A stretch of 64,000 nucleotides of DNA from contig MU004184.1 in NCBI GenBank assembly GCA_010093605.1, forward strand, positions 568,801 to 632,800, in the 5' to 3' direction. The position numbers were made by a program, and so were the translations under genes. A model generated the notes under the pieces. The model worked only from the letters and a program-made list of their open reading frames with translations, searched no databases and was not told where the DNA came from. Each line of letters opens with the position of its first letter. The first letter of the stretch is position 1. Positions 35,214 to 48,386 of the stretch are shown here, in pieces. This DNA is from Lophium mytilinum (Eukaryota).

Positions 35214-37325
35214 ATGGAGTCCGACGGTCTCATGTCTCCGCGCTCCACGAAGCGGTCGCGCTCAGAGATGGAAGAAGACGACGTAAAACCCGTGAACCCT
35301 CCAGCCAACGAAGACGAAGGTATGTTTACTTGACCTAACCTTACAACTCACGCTTACAAATGTTTCAATAGACACCTCTTCGGATGACGACGACTTCGGC
35401 CCCGCGCTCCCCTCCACAGCCCCGAAGAAGAAACGCCGCAAGCTTCCCTACGAAAAGCTCTACATCGCCGCTCTCCCCACTGCAGGTCGCTATGTCAAAT
35501 CGTTGATGCACAGAGAGCAATTATCCTTTACGACCTTCACCCCGTATACCGATTTCCTGATCACCTCTTCCGTCGACGGCGTAGTTAAGTTCTGGAAGAA
35601 AGATTTCGGTGGCATCGAATTCGTGAAGGAGTTCCGGGCGCATAATGGCGAGATCAAGAGCGTGAACGTAAGCGCGGATGGGCGGAGCTTTGCCACAGCG
35701 GGTGCGGATAAGACGGTCAAGATCTTTGATGTAGTCACGTTTGATCTATTGGCGATGTTGACACTGGAGTACGCGCCGAAGTGTGTGTGCTGGGTACATG
35801 GGCGCGGAGCTTCGTTCCCGCAATTGGCAGTCTCGGATGATGAGAGTTCATGGATACGGCTATACGACGGACGAGGCGAGAATCAAGAGCCGCTACATAT
35901 TGTCAAGAGCTTGCATAGGAGACCGGTGCATCTCATGGCCTATAACAACGAGTACGATTGTGTCGTGTCTGCTGATGAGGGGGGAATGGTGGAATATTGG
36001 AGGGCGAGTGGGACCTATGAGAAACCGGACAATGTTTTCGAGATCAAGAGTTCTACCAATCTATTCGACTTCAAGAAGGTAAGATATCACGTTGAGTGTC
36101 GTAGCCCCTATATCTAACTCCTTCTAGTCAAAATCAGTGCCCTCGTCAATCACGATATCACCAACGGGGCATCAGTTCGCAACTATGTCCTTCCCTGATC
36201 GAAAGATTCGAATATTTGATTTCAAGTCTGGCAGACTATACCGCACTTACGACGAATCGATAGAAACGATCAGCGAGATGCAGCAGGCCGGAACTGCGAT
36301 CCAAACCTTGGAAGACGCCGAGTTCAACCGGAAACTGGCAGTCGAGAAAGAGCTGGACACCGCTGCTGTCCGGAGTCGCATCAATGTTATCTTTGATGAG
36401 ACAGGCAATTTCATTCTCTACGGTTCGATTCTCGGAACAAAGGTCCTCAATACACTCACCAACAGGGTGGTAAAGGTATATGGCAAAGATGAGCCATTTA
36501 GAGCCTTGAACCTCGCCCTCTACCAAGGTCAGCCAGAGAAAAAGGGGATCGTCACTGTCGCTATGGCAGCCAGTGACAATCCATTGCTGCAAGAAGCCGA
36601 AGCACGTGATGCCATGCTTGTCTCCACAGGCGTAGGCAAAATGCGCTTCTACATGTTCACAAACGACCCCAAGTAAGTCACGACACCCTGAAGTCGCTCA
36701 GAACGCATTGCTAACCATCCCAGCGCCTCAAAATCCGAGCGCGACGTCCAAAACGAGAAACCCCGCAACATCAACACCAAGCAGCAGGTCGAAGCGAAGC
36801 TTGCCGCAACAGGCACTTCTGCCATCATCCACACTACCTACGGCGACATCCATATCCGCCTCTTCCCCGAAGCCGCGCCCAAAGCCGTTGAGAATTTTGT
36901 CACTCACGCCAAGAACGGTTACTACAACAACATCATCTTCCATCGCGTGATACGCAAGTTCATGATCCAGACAGGCGACCCTATGGGCGATGGGACTGGC
37001 GGAGACAGTATCTGGGGGAAGAATTTTGAGGATGAGTTCTCGACGCTGCGGCATGACAAGCCGTACACTGTTAGTATGGCGAATGCGGGACGGAACACGA
37101 ATGGGAGTCAGTTCTTTATCACGACCGAGAAGGCTGTAAGTACCATTTCCGTCACACTCCACTAATCAAACTAACAGACTACTGTAGTCCTGGCTTGACG
37201 ATAAGCACACGATCTTTGGACGAGCAATTCAGGGGCTGGACGTTGTGCACAAGATCGAGAATGCGAGGGTGTACAAGGAGAAGCCGGAGGAGGAGATCAA
37301 GATCATAAACATCGATGTGGTATAG
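35214..37325 (+). CDS. WD40-repeat cyclophilin (PPWD1/Cyp15-like peptidyl-prolyl isomerase)
   Basis: [25 protein letters not shown]40 repeats; cyclophilin [50 protein letters not shown]. Confidence 0.93.
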
Positions 37326-37969
37326 CTGGATTTACCACTCCGCTTCTTGATCTTTCATTACCTGCTCCAAGTTTCGAAAACCCCCTAGCCATAGTCACAA
37401 GCATGGATAAAATAGGGCGAAGAACAGTTGTATAATTTGAAGAGTGAATGCGCAGCTTTGAGCAAAATGATGTCACACTATAATGTTAACTGCCTGAGGC
37501 AGGTGTGAAAGCTCGGAAACATCCCCAGCGAGGGGTTCATATACCTTTTATCTTCGAGCAGCCCAATGTCGAGAGGAGAAGTGGATCACTCAGTGGTTCA
37601 GCAGTCATGATTTCTCCTTGAAGCCTGGGTTAAAAATGTACTCGCGTCGTTGAACCGCCCACCCCTCTCACATCTATATGTTGTGGAGGGTTAGAGGTTT
37701 TGTGGTTCGACTCTTAGTGAGGTTGATTTTTTATATTTTTTGGGGGCTTTTTAGAGACTGCCTCTTCTACCCGCAACCCTATCTCTCTCAAATTCAACAA
37801 ATTCACCGGTGCGATTTGTTTTTCGAAGCGTTCAATGGACTCTATTCCTTGAAGTATCATTCCACTCGTGATGTTAGCCGTTGCATCACCTCCGCAGTCC
37901 CCGTGATCATCTCGACCCTTCTAACACAATCCATTATAATGCTAGTCCAGCGGAGACGTCAACATTCAA

Positions 37970-38043
37970 TCCGGTGTGGTGTAGTCGGTTATCATTATGG
38001 GACCCCACGCCCAGAGACCCAAGTTCGATCCTTGGCGCCGGAC
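37970..38043 (+). tRNA. tRNA-like gene of undetermined identity (atypical anticodon arm; possibly a pseudo-tRNA)
   Basis: Acceptor stem TCCGGTG/CGCCGGA, A-box TGGTGTAGTCGG, T-arm CCAAG-TTCGATC-CTTGG, short T-runs ~25 nt downstream. Anticodon arm ATGGG-ACCCCACG-CCCAG. Confidence 0.75.
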
Positions 38044-38298
38044 CTCAATGATGTTGTGTAATATGTTCTTTTGCTTTTGCTGCTTGTAGAATCAAAGTGC
38101 AGCATAACACATCACACATGAGACAAGCAAGATGGAGGCACGAAATCTTTTTCAAGGCTGACGCACGCGTCAGATTACTTCATTGGTAGGGTTTGAATAT
38201 CCTCGGGTCTAGGGATTCCGGTACTATAAAACGCAGGAGAGAAAACTGACACCAACACCAAAACACCGGTACTTCGCAGTACAAGAAAAGGCCTCCCT

Positions 38299-39762
38299 TT
38301 ACGCTACCATCCACCACGCGCCGCCAAGGATGGCGATGAGCACAAGGGTAGTGAGGAAGCCGGCGCCAACCTTGTCACCAGTGTCGATAGGGTCCGCCTT
38401 TAAGGGGTTGTCCTCGCTGTGCGATCCTGCGTTTGGGTTTCCTTTGCTGATGCCGCCCGTCTCGTTGCTCACAGGCCCGGCAACTTGGTCGATCAGGATG
38501 GATTGGACGACCTCCAGCGCGGACATCTGCTCGCCGACGCCGAAGCTGCCGTCCCAGACGCCGTTGGTGGTCCATTTCTGGCCGCACGTCACGCCGTCAG
38601 TGCCGCCGCTGCACTGTTTGGCGGCAGCCTGTGCCGAGGCCTCGAGCTTGGGCATGATCAGGTCGTGTGTCCATGGCGCAACCTTAGTGGTGGCGGCCAT
38701 CCAGCGAGCGAGGTAGGCCTTGAAAGACCTCTGATCGACGTCGCATTTGCCATTCGCTTCGCAGGCTACTTCGGTCATGACGTTCGGAACCTCCTTGGAA
38801 AAGAAGACGTCGGTGCCGTTGATTATACCGGCGGTTCGGGTCTTCCACTTATCCTCACCGGTCTGTGATCTGTTAGCGCCATCAGGAAGTCGGAGACACG
38901 GGGTAACGTACAATATTCCACATGGTAGCCGCGCCAAGCATGAAGACACCGGCGTTGTATGTCCATTGGATGTGATTGACTTGTGTGCAGTTGATAGTGT
39001 CGTCTGAGCCGTCGAAGAAATGGTATTGATCGTTCATGAGACCGACGCCTTCGACCCAATCCCACATCCTGTCTGCCCAATCAACATAGGTCTGATTCTT
39101 CGTGTACCTTCCAAGCCTCGCCGCAATATTGAAGAAGCAGCCGTTCGAGATGGTGTTCTTGTAGTTGTAACCATTGTTGAAGGTGAAAATCTGCCATCGC
39201 AGACCACCGTTGCAAGTGCTGTTATCCCAGCGGTTCGCCTGTAGATTGAAGACAGCCTGTGCTAGGGCGAGCCATTGGGGCTTATCCGCAGGAGGATTCG
39301 GGAACTTTACTTCTGCGGCGGACATTGCAGCCATAGCCCAGAAAGATTGATCGTCGTTACCCTCCGTCTTAGTCTGATTCGGCGGCATGTAGTCGTCGTT
39401 TGGCCCCACCTGGAACAGCATGGCTTGTGTAGTAATGTCGTTGTATTGGTCGTCTCCCGTGTAGTACCAGTAGTCTATCAATGATCCGAACATGGCTCCT
39501 GCTTCCCACCAGTAGTACGGTTGCGGAAGATTTCCTGGGACGTCTCCAGGATTCATGCCGGTATAGTAGCTCGTCATTCCCTTTGCAATCGTGCTGGCAG
39601 CCTTCTTAACAGTGTCTGGATCGTGTTAGTGCCACAGTGCCCGCAGGGGGCATGCGGACGAGGGCGCTCACCCATATTTGTAATGTCCATGTCGATTGCT
39701 TGCACACTTGAAGCAGAGAGCATCAAGGCGCCTAGGGCCCCCGCCACATTGGTGAACTTCAT
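38299..39762 (-). CDS. GH76 mannan endo-1,6-alpha-mannosidase, Dfg5/Dcw1 family
   Basis: Signal peptide; [20 protein letters not shown] catalytic [25 protein letters not shown]; hydrophobic GPI-type C-terminus; 3 exons. Confidence 0.95.
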
Positions 39763-40938
39763 TATGCTATTCCAAGATCTGAGGCGCCTGTCCCCAAATC
39801 TAAAGCTGGCAGTTGTTTATATTTCAGATTCGCGGGCGCTATCAACGCGCACTGGCGGGCGAATTCCAAGCAGGAGCGGCAGATTTCGTATCAAAGTCGT
39901 CGAAGTGAAATACAACAAAGCGTAGATCCTAGATCCTGGGCTGCAGTAGTCAGGGTAGGTACACGCGTAGGTGGTAGCGAGTGGAAGCAGCGTGAGAGGT
40001 CTTGTCAACGGCGCAGAAGCGATGGTGGTGGTTATAGGGGACGGCCGGGACAGTCGAGGAGGTCTATCGTCAGTTGAGAGAGCGTGGAGAGGAATGAGCG
40101 TGGGTTGCAGTGGTGATCCAGGGGGAGGGTTGCAAGATGTTGCTGCCAAGCTGCCAAGGGGTCTTGGGAAGATCAATACGAGCTGCTAAGTCAGCGAATT
40201 TTAGAGTTTCTAAAGTATGTAATCCGCTAATCTCTTCCTGTGAAGGTAGCCTTGCCGGTTGCGAGCAGCTGGACACCATGGCCGTCGTCGGAAGGGGCGT
40301 TTTGATACGGGAGGTTGCAGCGGGCTCGCAGTGCTTTGTTGCTGCTTCAGTGCTGCATCGGGTGTCTCAGCGGTGCTTCAGCGTGCCATCAAGAGCCGGC
40401 CGTGGCGCGTGGCCAGCCAAGCAAGCCAGCGAGGGCCGAGAATAGCAGCACCTGGGCAGAATGCTCCGCCAGCTCCGGAGACGTTGCTGGCTGGTGCTGG
40501 TGAGATTTTCTGTGGCAACAAAGACGACCAACGCCCGGCGCTGACGCAGCTCCCCAGGGCTCCCGAGACTTGCCTCCTCACGTGACCGTGGCCGCCGTGG
40601 CACAGTCTACCTACGTACTACGTAGACTGTTCAGAATAACTGTGCTTCTACAAACACAAATACACACACGCCCATCCACTGTTTGAGACCACTCCCATTG
40701 CCGCAGCATTTTGGCGTAGAGACCAAAATCAACTCAGCCTCAGCTCACACCAGCCTGCGACCAGATAGGTTTCGCTCGCCAAATCGACCTGGCCAAGAGC
40801 TCACCACTTCCTCATCATTCACCACCACCCTCACCTCTCCAACCCACGCCGCCATCGTCTGCCACTACAGCCTCGCATCTACCATCCATCGCTCTCGACT
40901 CCTCCACCCCGCGAATCTCGTAAACCACATCAGCAGCC

Positions 40939-41778
40939 ATGGCCGACCGTGAGCAACCCTACGACCCGTACATCCCATCTGGAGGCGCCAACCCCCAGGC
41001 CGGTGGCGCAAATCAGAATGGCAACCATCGCACAGCTGCCCTCCAAGCGGTAGGTTATGCTCCTCATCTCCCGGCACAGTCCTCAGTCCTGCTCGAGTGT
41101 ATCCGCGTTGAATGAGCGGGGCGATACTCGCGAGTCTCGAAACGGTCTGCGGCTGCGACCGCCGCTTCCACGGTCGCATTTGTCGAACACAGCCCGCGCG
41201 GCCACGTCCGGCTAAGGTCCTGCTATTCAGCTAGAGAAATCTGCGGAGTGGCATTCTTGACGGATAGGGGCCGTTGCGGGTGAAGAGACGGATGCGCTCG
41301 TGGGCGACATGCCTCGCAGGCCCGCAGTATCGCCCTTCGCAAGACACCGAGCATACCCGTCGAGTCGCGAGGATGCTCGGCTCCCAATTACTGCCTCTAC
41401 CACTCATTTTACCCACTTTGCAGGAGCCTCGGTGTTCAGCTCATCAAAGTGCCAAGCCGCTGACATTCACTCTAGGAAATCGACAGCACTGTCGGAATCA
41501 TGCGGGACAACATCAACAAAGTCTCCGAGCGAGGCGCCCACCTAGACTCGCTACAGGACAAGACGGACAACCTCGCCGTGTCAGCCCAGGGCTTCCGACG
41601 CGGCGCCAACAGGGTCCGCAAGCAGATGTGGTGGAAGGACATGAAGATGCGCATGTGCCTCATCGTGGGCATCATCATTCTTCTCATTGTCATCATTGTA
41701 CCTTCAGGTAGGAATCCCCCGCTCCTCTAGCACTCCCACGACTAACACTAGCGCGCAGTCGTTGCTTCCAAACACTAA
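40939..41778 (+). CDS. SNC1: Synaptobrevin/VAMP R-SNARE (Snc1/2-like)
   Basis: [13 protein letters not shown]...[59 protein letters not shown] plus a TM anchor; first intron ~426 nt. Confidence 0.95.
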
Positions 41779-42765
41779 GAATGGAGAGAGATCGGGAGTG
41801 CAGTGGCTAGTTGAATCACATTGGGAAGAGAGTAGCGGGAGTACACCTACGGCTGCCCAGCTGGACATGCGCTCGTTGCTAGCTGGTCTTGGTTGGAAGG
41901 GGGAACTTTCGGGACTCCACACCCCGCCCGGAAAGTTGTTGTAGCTTTTACGTCCTCGGCGAAACTGGGAGCTCTGGGTTCTTTTTTCTTTTCATAGGTC
42001 TTTCACTGCATTCAGTCACGGCTTGTAGTAATGGAGTCATTCTTGTACCAACCACCCGATTCCCTGCACTGCCGTGCTTCTGCGGAGACTAGGTACACGT
42101 GCCTAGTCCCCTTGTTTTATGGTTTGGTTCAGCGGGCTTGTATGTCACTCAGAGAAATGGAATTTGCATTTAATGAGTTAGCAGGACTTGGTTTTGATGA
42201 TGAGTCGAAACACCACCGAATATGTCACCGCATCGAGTAAAGGTTGTTTCAACACCCCAATATGCACCCTACCCGACTCCCTCTGCGCACGTGACCCAGC
42301 GCCGCTGTGGTACGAATTATGGCCCCCATACCGTTTTGTAAGCCCCACAAGCTCAAGCTACTTTCCAGGGAGTATTTTCCGCCCCTGTGTTAATGCAGAG
42401 TGTGCTATTCTACTGAAATGGCCGACCTCTTACTTTTTCGTTTCTTCACGCCTTTTTCCTATTCCACATGATTAGAATCCTAAACCTCAAAGATTAGAAC
42501 TTCTCAAAGTCAAAACCAAGGTGCAAAGAAGAGGGACCTAGACAGTCGATTCACGGCAGCCATGCGAAATGGTTTCTCTTAGGATAAATCGGGCATTAGC
42601 AGTAAGCCGGTCCAGCTCAAGTCACTGCGAGGAAAGTTTGTCATTGGCTCAGTCCTCGACCACAGGCGTACCCCGCATTTGGTTGACGTATATAAAGTTT
42701 CCAACTGACGAACACAAAACCAAGAATGAAGCAATGGACGCGGTTTCGACAAACAAACATGTGCA

Positions 42766-44742
42766 ATGCTTTCACTATCATCGTTGATGCCGGTCCTTCT
42801 CGAGTATCTCACGATCGAGGAGGAGGCGCAAATCTATCAGCAGTTTGAAGGAATATGCCAACCCAACAGCCAAGTCCTGTGGAGCGGCGTGCCGTACGGA
42901 GTGGCTCAGAAATGGGCAGATGAACATGATATGCAGACACTTACTACCGCAATGGGTCCGCTCATGGATAAAGCGGATTCATTGTGTTTAAAAAAGAGCA
43001 AGAACGGTCCGCAATGGAGCAAATACATCAAGGGAGCCTCTGCAGTATTTGCGTGGTATATTTCAAGTGGCGAAAAGGTTACAACGCTGTCGCCACCACC
43101 TCCGGAAAGATTCCATCCATCTGGAATGACCAACTACCAAGCAATCGAAGAGCCAATTTTAAAATGGGCAATAGCGGACCGTGCTATACTACGGATCGAA
43201 ATGGTGCATCCGACCGTGAAAGGAGCAGAGAACTTCAGCTACCAGATGTGGCCCATTGATGAAATGAAAAACTGGGTTGCAGCCTTTGGGACTGTAGCCA
43301 TCAAGAAGAACCGTTGGAGAGTAATGGGGAAGGTCTTGCATCAAATGGCAATTAGGAAGTCCATAACGACCAATGAGAAATCTGATGTTGGACATAGCAC
43401 CAGTCATTACAGTCAAGAGAGCGAACTTGGTATGCGTATGCCAATTGTGAGAGAGCAGAAAAAAGTAAGCTAGGTTTATATTAGGAGATTTTCAGAAACG
43501 ATTATAGTATTAGGATATAAAGCTAACGACAAAAGATACAGGAGTCCAAGGAAACGGCCAAGGCAATCCAACCCTCCAAGACTACAACGTTAAAGAAAGA
43601 AGCAGTCCAAGAGAAACTATCCACAGAGACCAAAAAAGCATTGAAAGCAATGAAAGCGTTAAGGGCAAAGAAAGCTCCAAAGGTAAGAAAGCTTCTACAG
43701 CCAAGAAAGGGCCGAATAGCTAATTATCAGTACAAGAGAACTCGAGACAACAGTCAAAGAAAGGAGGCCACCTTGGTCCAGGAAACTACGGCACCGTACT
43801 ATTCGCGAATGGAGTCATACAGGATCTACGTAGCAGGACTTATTTTGCTAGTTTTGCTGGTCGCTCTCATCCAATGCGCACTCTGCGCCTACGAAGAGCC
43901 TGCTGTTGAGGAGCATGAAAGCCTAATGGGCGCTAGTGCTTCCATGATGTCTAGCGAATTACCTTTTCCTTCACCTCCTCCGCCACCCGAGGTTCTGAAA
44001 TCAGTAGAGGAGGTCTCCGAGACTCCCGGGCCTCCCACCGTTGAAAAGCCTGCCGCGGTCGAATGGCCTGCTCTCAAAAGGCCTCCCGCAATCAAAAAGC
44101 GGGTCGCCGCCATCGATCAACACACTGAGGACACCCGTACGAAAGACTCCGAAACGTCTCCCCACCCGGACTGGTGGACTCTTGTAACTGAAGCAATGCA
44201 ATCTACTCTGGCCAAAAAAAAAGGAGGAGAAGAAGGCGAAGAAGGCAGAGAAGAAGGCAGAGAAGAAGGCAGAGAAGAAGGCAGAGAAGAAGGCAAAGAA
44301 GGGCAAGAAGGATAAAAAGACTTTGACACCGTTTTCACCGGCGCCTCCACCGCCGCTTGAGCTACCAACCGAGTGGGAAGCTATTTCCCTACCGTCTTCA
44401 CCTCCGAAGAAACCGACAGCGAAGAAGGGTGGGAAAGGTAGAAGCGCTTCACCACCGTCTCAACCATCACCTCCGCGGCCGCTTATGCCGACTACCAAGT
44501 GCGAGGTCAGTCCACCGCCGTCTTCACTCCTTAAGATACCCAAAGAAAAGCAGGAGGGTAAGGAAAATAAGAAGGGCAAGAAGGGGAAAAGGACTCGACC
44601 GCCGTCTTTACCGCCGCTTCCATGGCTGCCTGAGCTGTCTGTCAAGTACGAAGCCGTTGAGCTTCCCGCCGAGTCCCGATTTAGGCTAACACGATACAAC
44701 CTACGGCCTCGACTATTGAATGAGCGTCTAGAGACTTTATGA
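42766..44742 (+). CDS. Hypothetical protein (globular N-terminal domain, TM segment, Lys/Pro-rich tail) with an apparent frameshift
   Basis: ORFs 42766-43473, 43641-44315 and 44323-44742 can be linked by GTAAG..AG introns (~43468-43540, ~43683-43730) and a one-base shift at the A9 run 44214-44222. TM-like IYVAGLILLVLLVALIQCALCAY. Confidence 0.55.
44227..44310 (+). repeat. 12-bp coding minisatellite (GAGAAGAAGGCA)n
   Basis: About 4 perfect copies plus degenerate flanking copies are directly visible. Confidence 0.9.
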
Positions 44743-45564
44743 AAGACTCAAACTGCTATATTGTTTCCATGTTCGTATCACTGTTCTGCAGACAGTTGTA
44801 TCCCTAAGACGGCATGTCCTCAAGACAGCATATTCTTCAGATAGTATTTTCTTGCACAGCCATAGTCGTACGATCAGCTATAGTCTTAAGACGGTGGCGT
44901 CTCAAGATGGGGACGTTCTCCTGACAGTTGCGCTCTCCTCAAGGTCGACCCGTCTCGTAACAGTTATATTCTCAGGATATGCTTTTATAATCAGAAGCCA
45001 CTATGCCTCACTATTTTCTGAAGTTTCTTTGTTATTTGCCTCTGAATAGTACGCCTTAATAATAATAAAGAGTCTAGCTTCAGAAAACATTAGAACCTAT
45101 TAGCCACTCACAGCTATACCTTTGCATAGATAATAAAGCAGCGCAGACCATCCTCAGGCATGACATATCAGAGGGTAAGCTTACTCGAAACTTAGGGCCC
45201 TGAAACGGGAGCCTAGGAGGCCTATGAGTTCAAAAATAGTCCCTCCGAGGCAGGGTAAGAACCCTAGTCTCGACAATCTTCTTTCGAATACAGGGCCTAG
45301 AACTGAGGTTCCAGCAAAGCTGCTCAGTCCCCACTCAGGATGCGCCCACCCCAGCACAACCACAGCTCAGGCTGGAGCATGAACAACTCAGCTTGCTGAA
45401 CGGGAAAGGAAATTGCTTGGGTGCATATTAGGGTTTCGTACTGCATGTTTCAAGTGTATTTTGAATGAACCTCTCAAGCATTCAAGTATTAGAGAGTCCC
45501 CAAGCAGCAACATCAACACCCTACCCACCCAGCCATCGCTCAAAATATGAGCAGCCAACCACGC

Positions 45565-46599
45565 CTAATACATCACCTTGAAGTTCAAGAAATGCTGCCA
45601 TTCCTTATACGTCTCCTCCCACGCCTCATCCCACTCCACCATCGCATCCTTCTCGCTCCACCCCAGCATCGCCCGCGCAATAGCCTCGCCAAACAGCCGG
45701 TGCAGCTCGAAACACGCCGTCTCGGGTCCTGGATGCGCCCACTTGAACGGGTGCGTGAACGCCGAGCTCAGCTCAACCTTGACATGCTTGAGCAGCGCGT
45801 TCTGTGTGCCATGACCTCCAGCTCCATCCTTGCGATTAGCGTTCGGCACAGTTAGTCGTCTGAATTGCAGCAGCGGCGCCACCCATCTTTCCCGTAGGTT
45901 GAGGTGGAGCGGCGATGCTGTGACGTGCACCCACACGCGCAGCGCCTCCAGCCCGACCATCAGCTTCGCGGCTTGCCGGCATAGCTCGGTCCATCTGGCG
46001 AAGTGCTTGGTTCTGAAGTGCGCTAGGTGAGCGTTGTGGGCGTGGCCGTAGGTGGTGTATGTCAGCTCGAGCTTGCGGACCCATGCTGCAGCGCCGGGCG
46101 GGATGTGGGTGAAGAAGTTTGAGAGCCGGGTTGGGGAGGCGGTGTGGATGGTCGTCGCAGCGTAGAAGAGCGGGAGGACCTCGGTGTAGATCCCCTTGTT
46201 CACGAGGAGTAGGGCGTGGAGGGACGTCTTCCAATTTGTGTGGGTGCCGTGGATCCTGATGTACTTGCCCAGTAGGCGGGGCTGGATGAGGGCTTGGCCG
46301 CCCGCGCTCTTCTTGCTGCTGGTGGGATGGTGGTCATCGGAGACTAGGGTTTCCTGGTCGCAGTGGGTGCGGAAGATGCGGTCTTTGCTTCCGAGAGTTG
46401 AGGTTACGCATAGTTTGATGCTTTTGATCGGCTTGGGGCGGAGTTGCGCTTTTGCGGTTGCGAGGGAGAGATCGTTGCCCGGGCGGAAGCAGTAGCCGTA
46501 GATGTAGTTTCGAATCTCGCCGGGGAGATCGAGAAAGCCTGTCCGCGTTTTCTTCGGCGCTGGCATCATGAAATGATCCGAGGATGTTGTTGCTTCCAC
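45565..46599 (-). CDS. Hypothetical protein with F-box-like FLDLPGEIRNYIY motif
   Basis: Intronless 344-aa ORF; GFLDLPGEIRNYIYGYCF and ALLLVNKGIYTEVLPLFY motifs, common in an expanded family of Pezizomycotina hypothetical proteins. Confidence 0.75.
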   Translation of the reverse strand: MEATTSSDHFMMPAPKKTRTGFLDLPGEIRNYIYGYCFRPGNDLSLATAKAQLRPKPIKSIKLCVTSTLGSKDRIFRTHCDQETLVSDDHHPTSSKKSAGGQALIQPRLLGKYIRIHGTHTNWKTSLHALLLVNKGIYTEVLPLFYAATTIHTASPTRLSNFFTHIPPGAAAWVRKLELTYTTYGHAHNAHLAHFRTKHFARWTELCRQAAKLMVGLEALRVWVHVTASPLHLNLRERWVAPLLQFRRLTVPNANRKDGAGGHGTQNALLKHVKVELSSAFTHPFKWAHPGPETACFELHRLFGEAIARAMLGWSEKDAMVEWDEAWEETYKEWQHFLNFKVMY

Positions 46600-47195
46600 T
46601 AGAGATGTGAGAATGATGATAGATATGGCCTAAACGAGATACTCTTTTACTTGGTGATTTGATAGAGGAGGTTGAGATGTCAACTTTCTAGAAGAGGATG
46701 TAGAGAGATGAAGCTGGTGGGGGTGGCTGAAAGTTTGTGACTGTGATGAAGTTCAACCTTGGAAGAGCCAACGTCGAACCGACGGTTCAAAACAGCTCTG
46801 AAAACTTCCCACTTTGACAGATCTGGCCCAACAAAGTGGTTATCGCTGCAGAACACCACCGAAAAGCCTAATCCTTTGCCATTACCAAATCCTATGCTGT
46901 TGTTAGATTCATGTGAGATCCGAAGTTCTTCAAGTTTGTCAATGGTGCCTGTAGCGACATGACCCATTATTGCTGTGAAGCTGAGATGCTTCCGTTCTGC
47001 ATAGTTCGCACTTACAGCCTTGGGATTCGAAAACTTGCAGTCGACGTGATGGAGACGTGTCCACGCGGAAGTCTTCTGGATGCTGTTGTCTAAGACAAGA
47101 GCCGAAGAGGTTCACGCGCACTGGCCACGCCTCGTGGTCACTAGCGCAAACAGCTCAACTTGCAGCTTTCGTCGCTCCGTCATTATCTCAACACC

Positions 47196-48386
<1,191 letters not shown>

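Noticed and set aside
44750..45420. Transposon remnant in the AT-richer stretch
   Set aside because: No terminal repeats, target-site duplication or transposase/RT motifs could be identified by eye.
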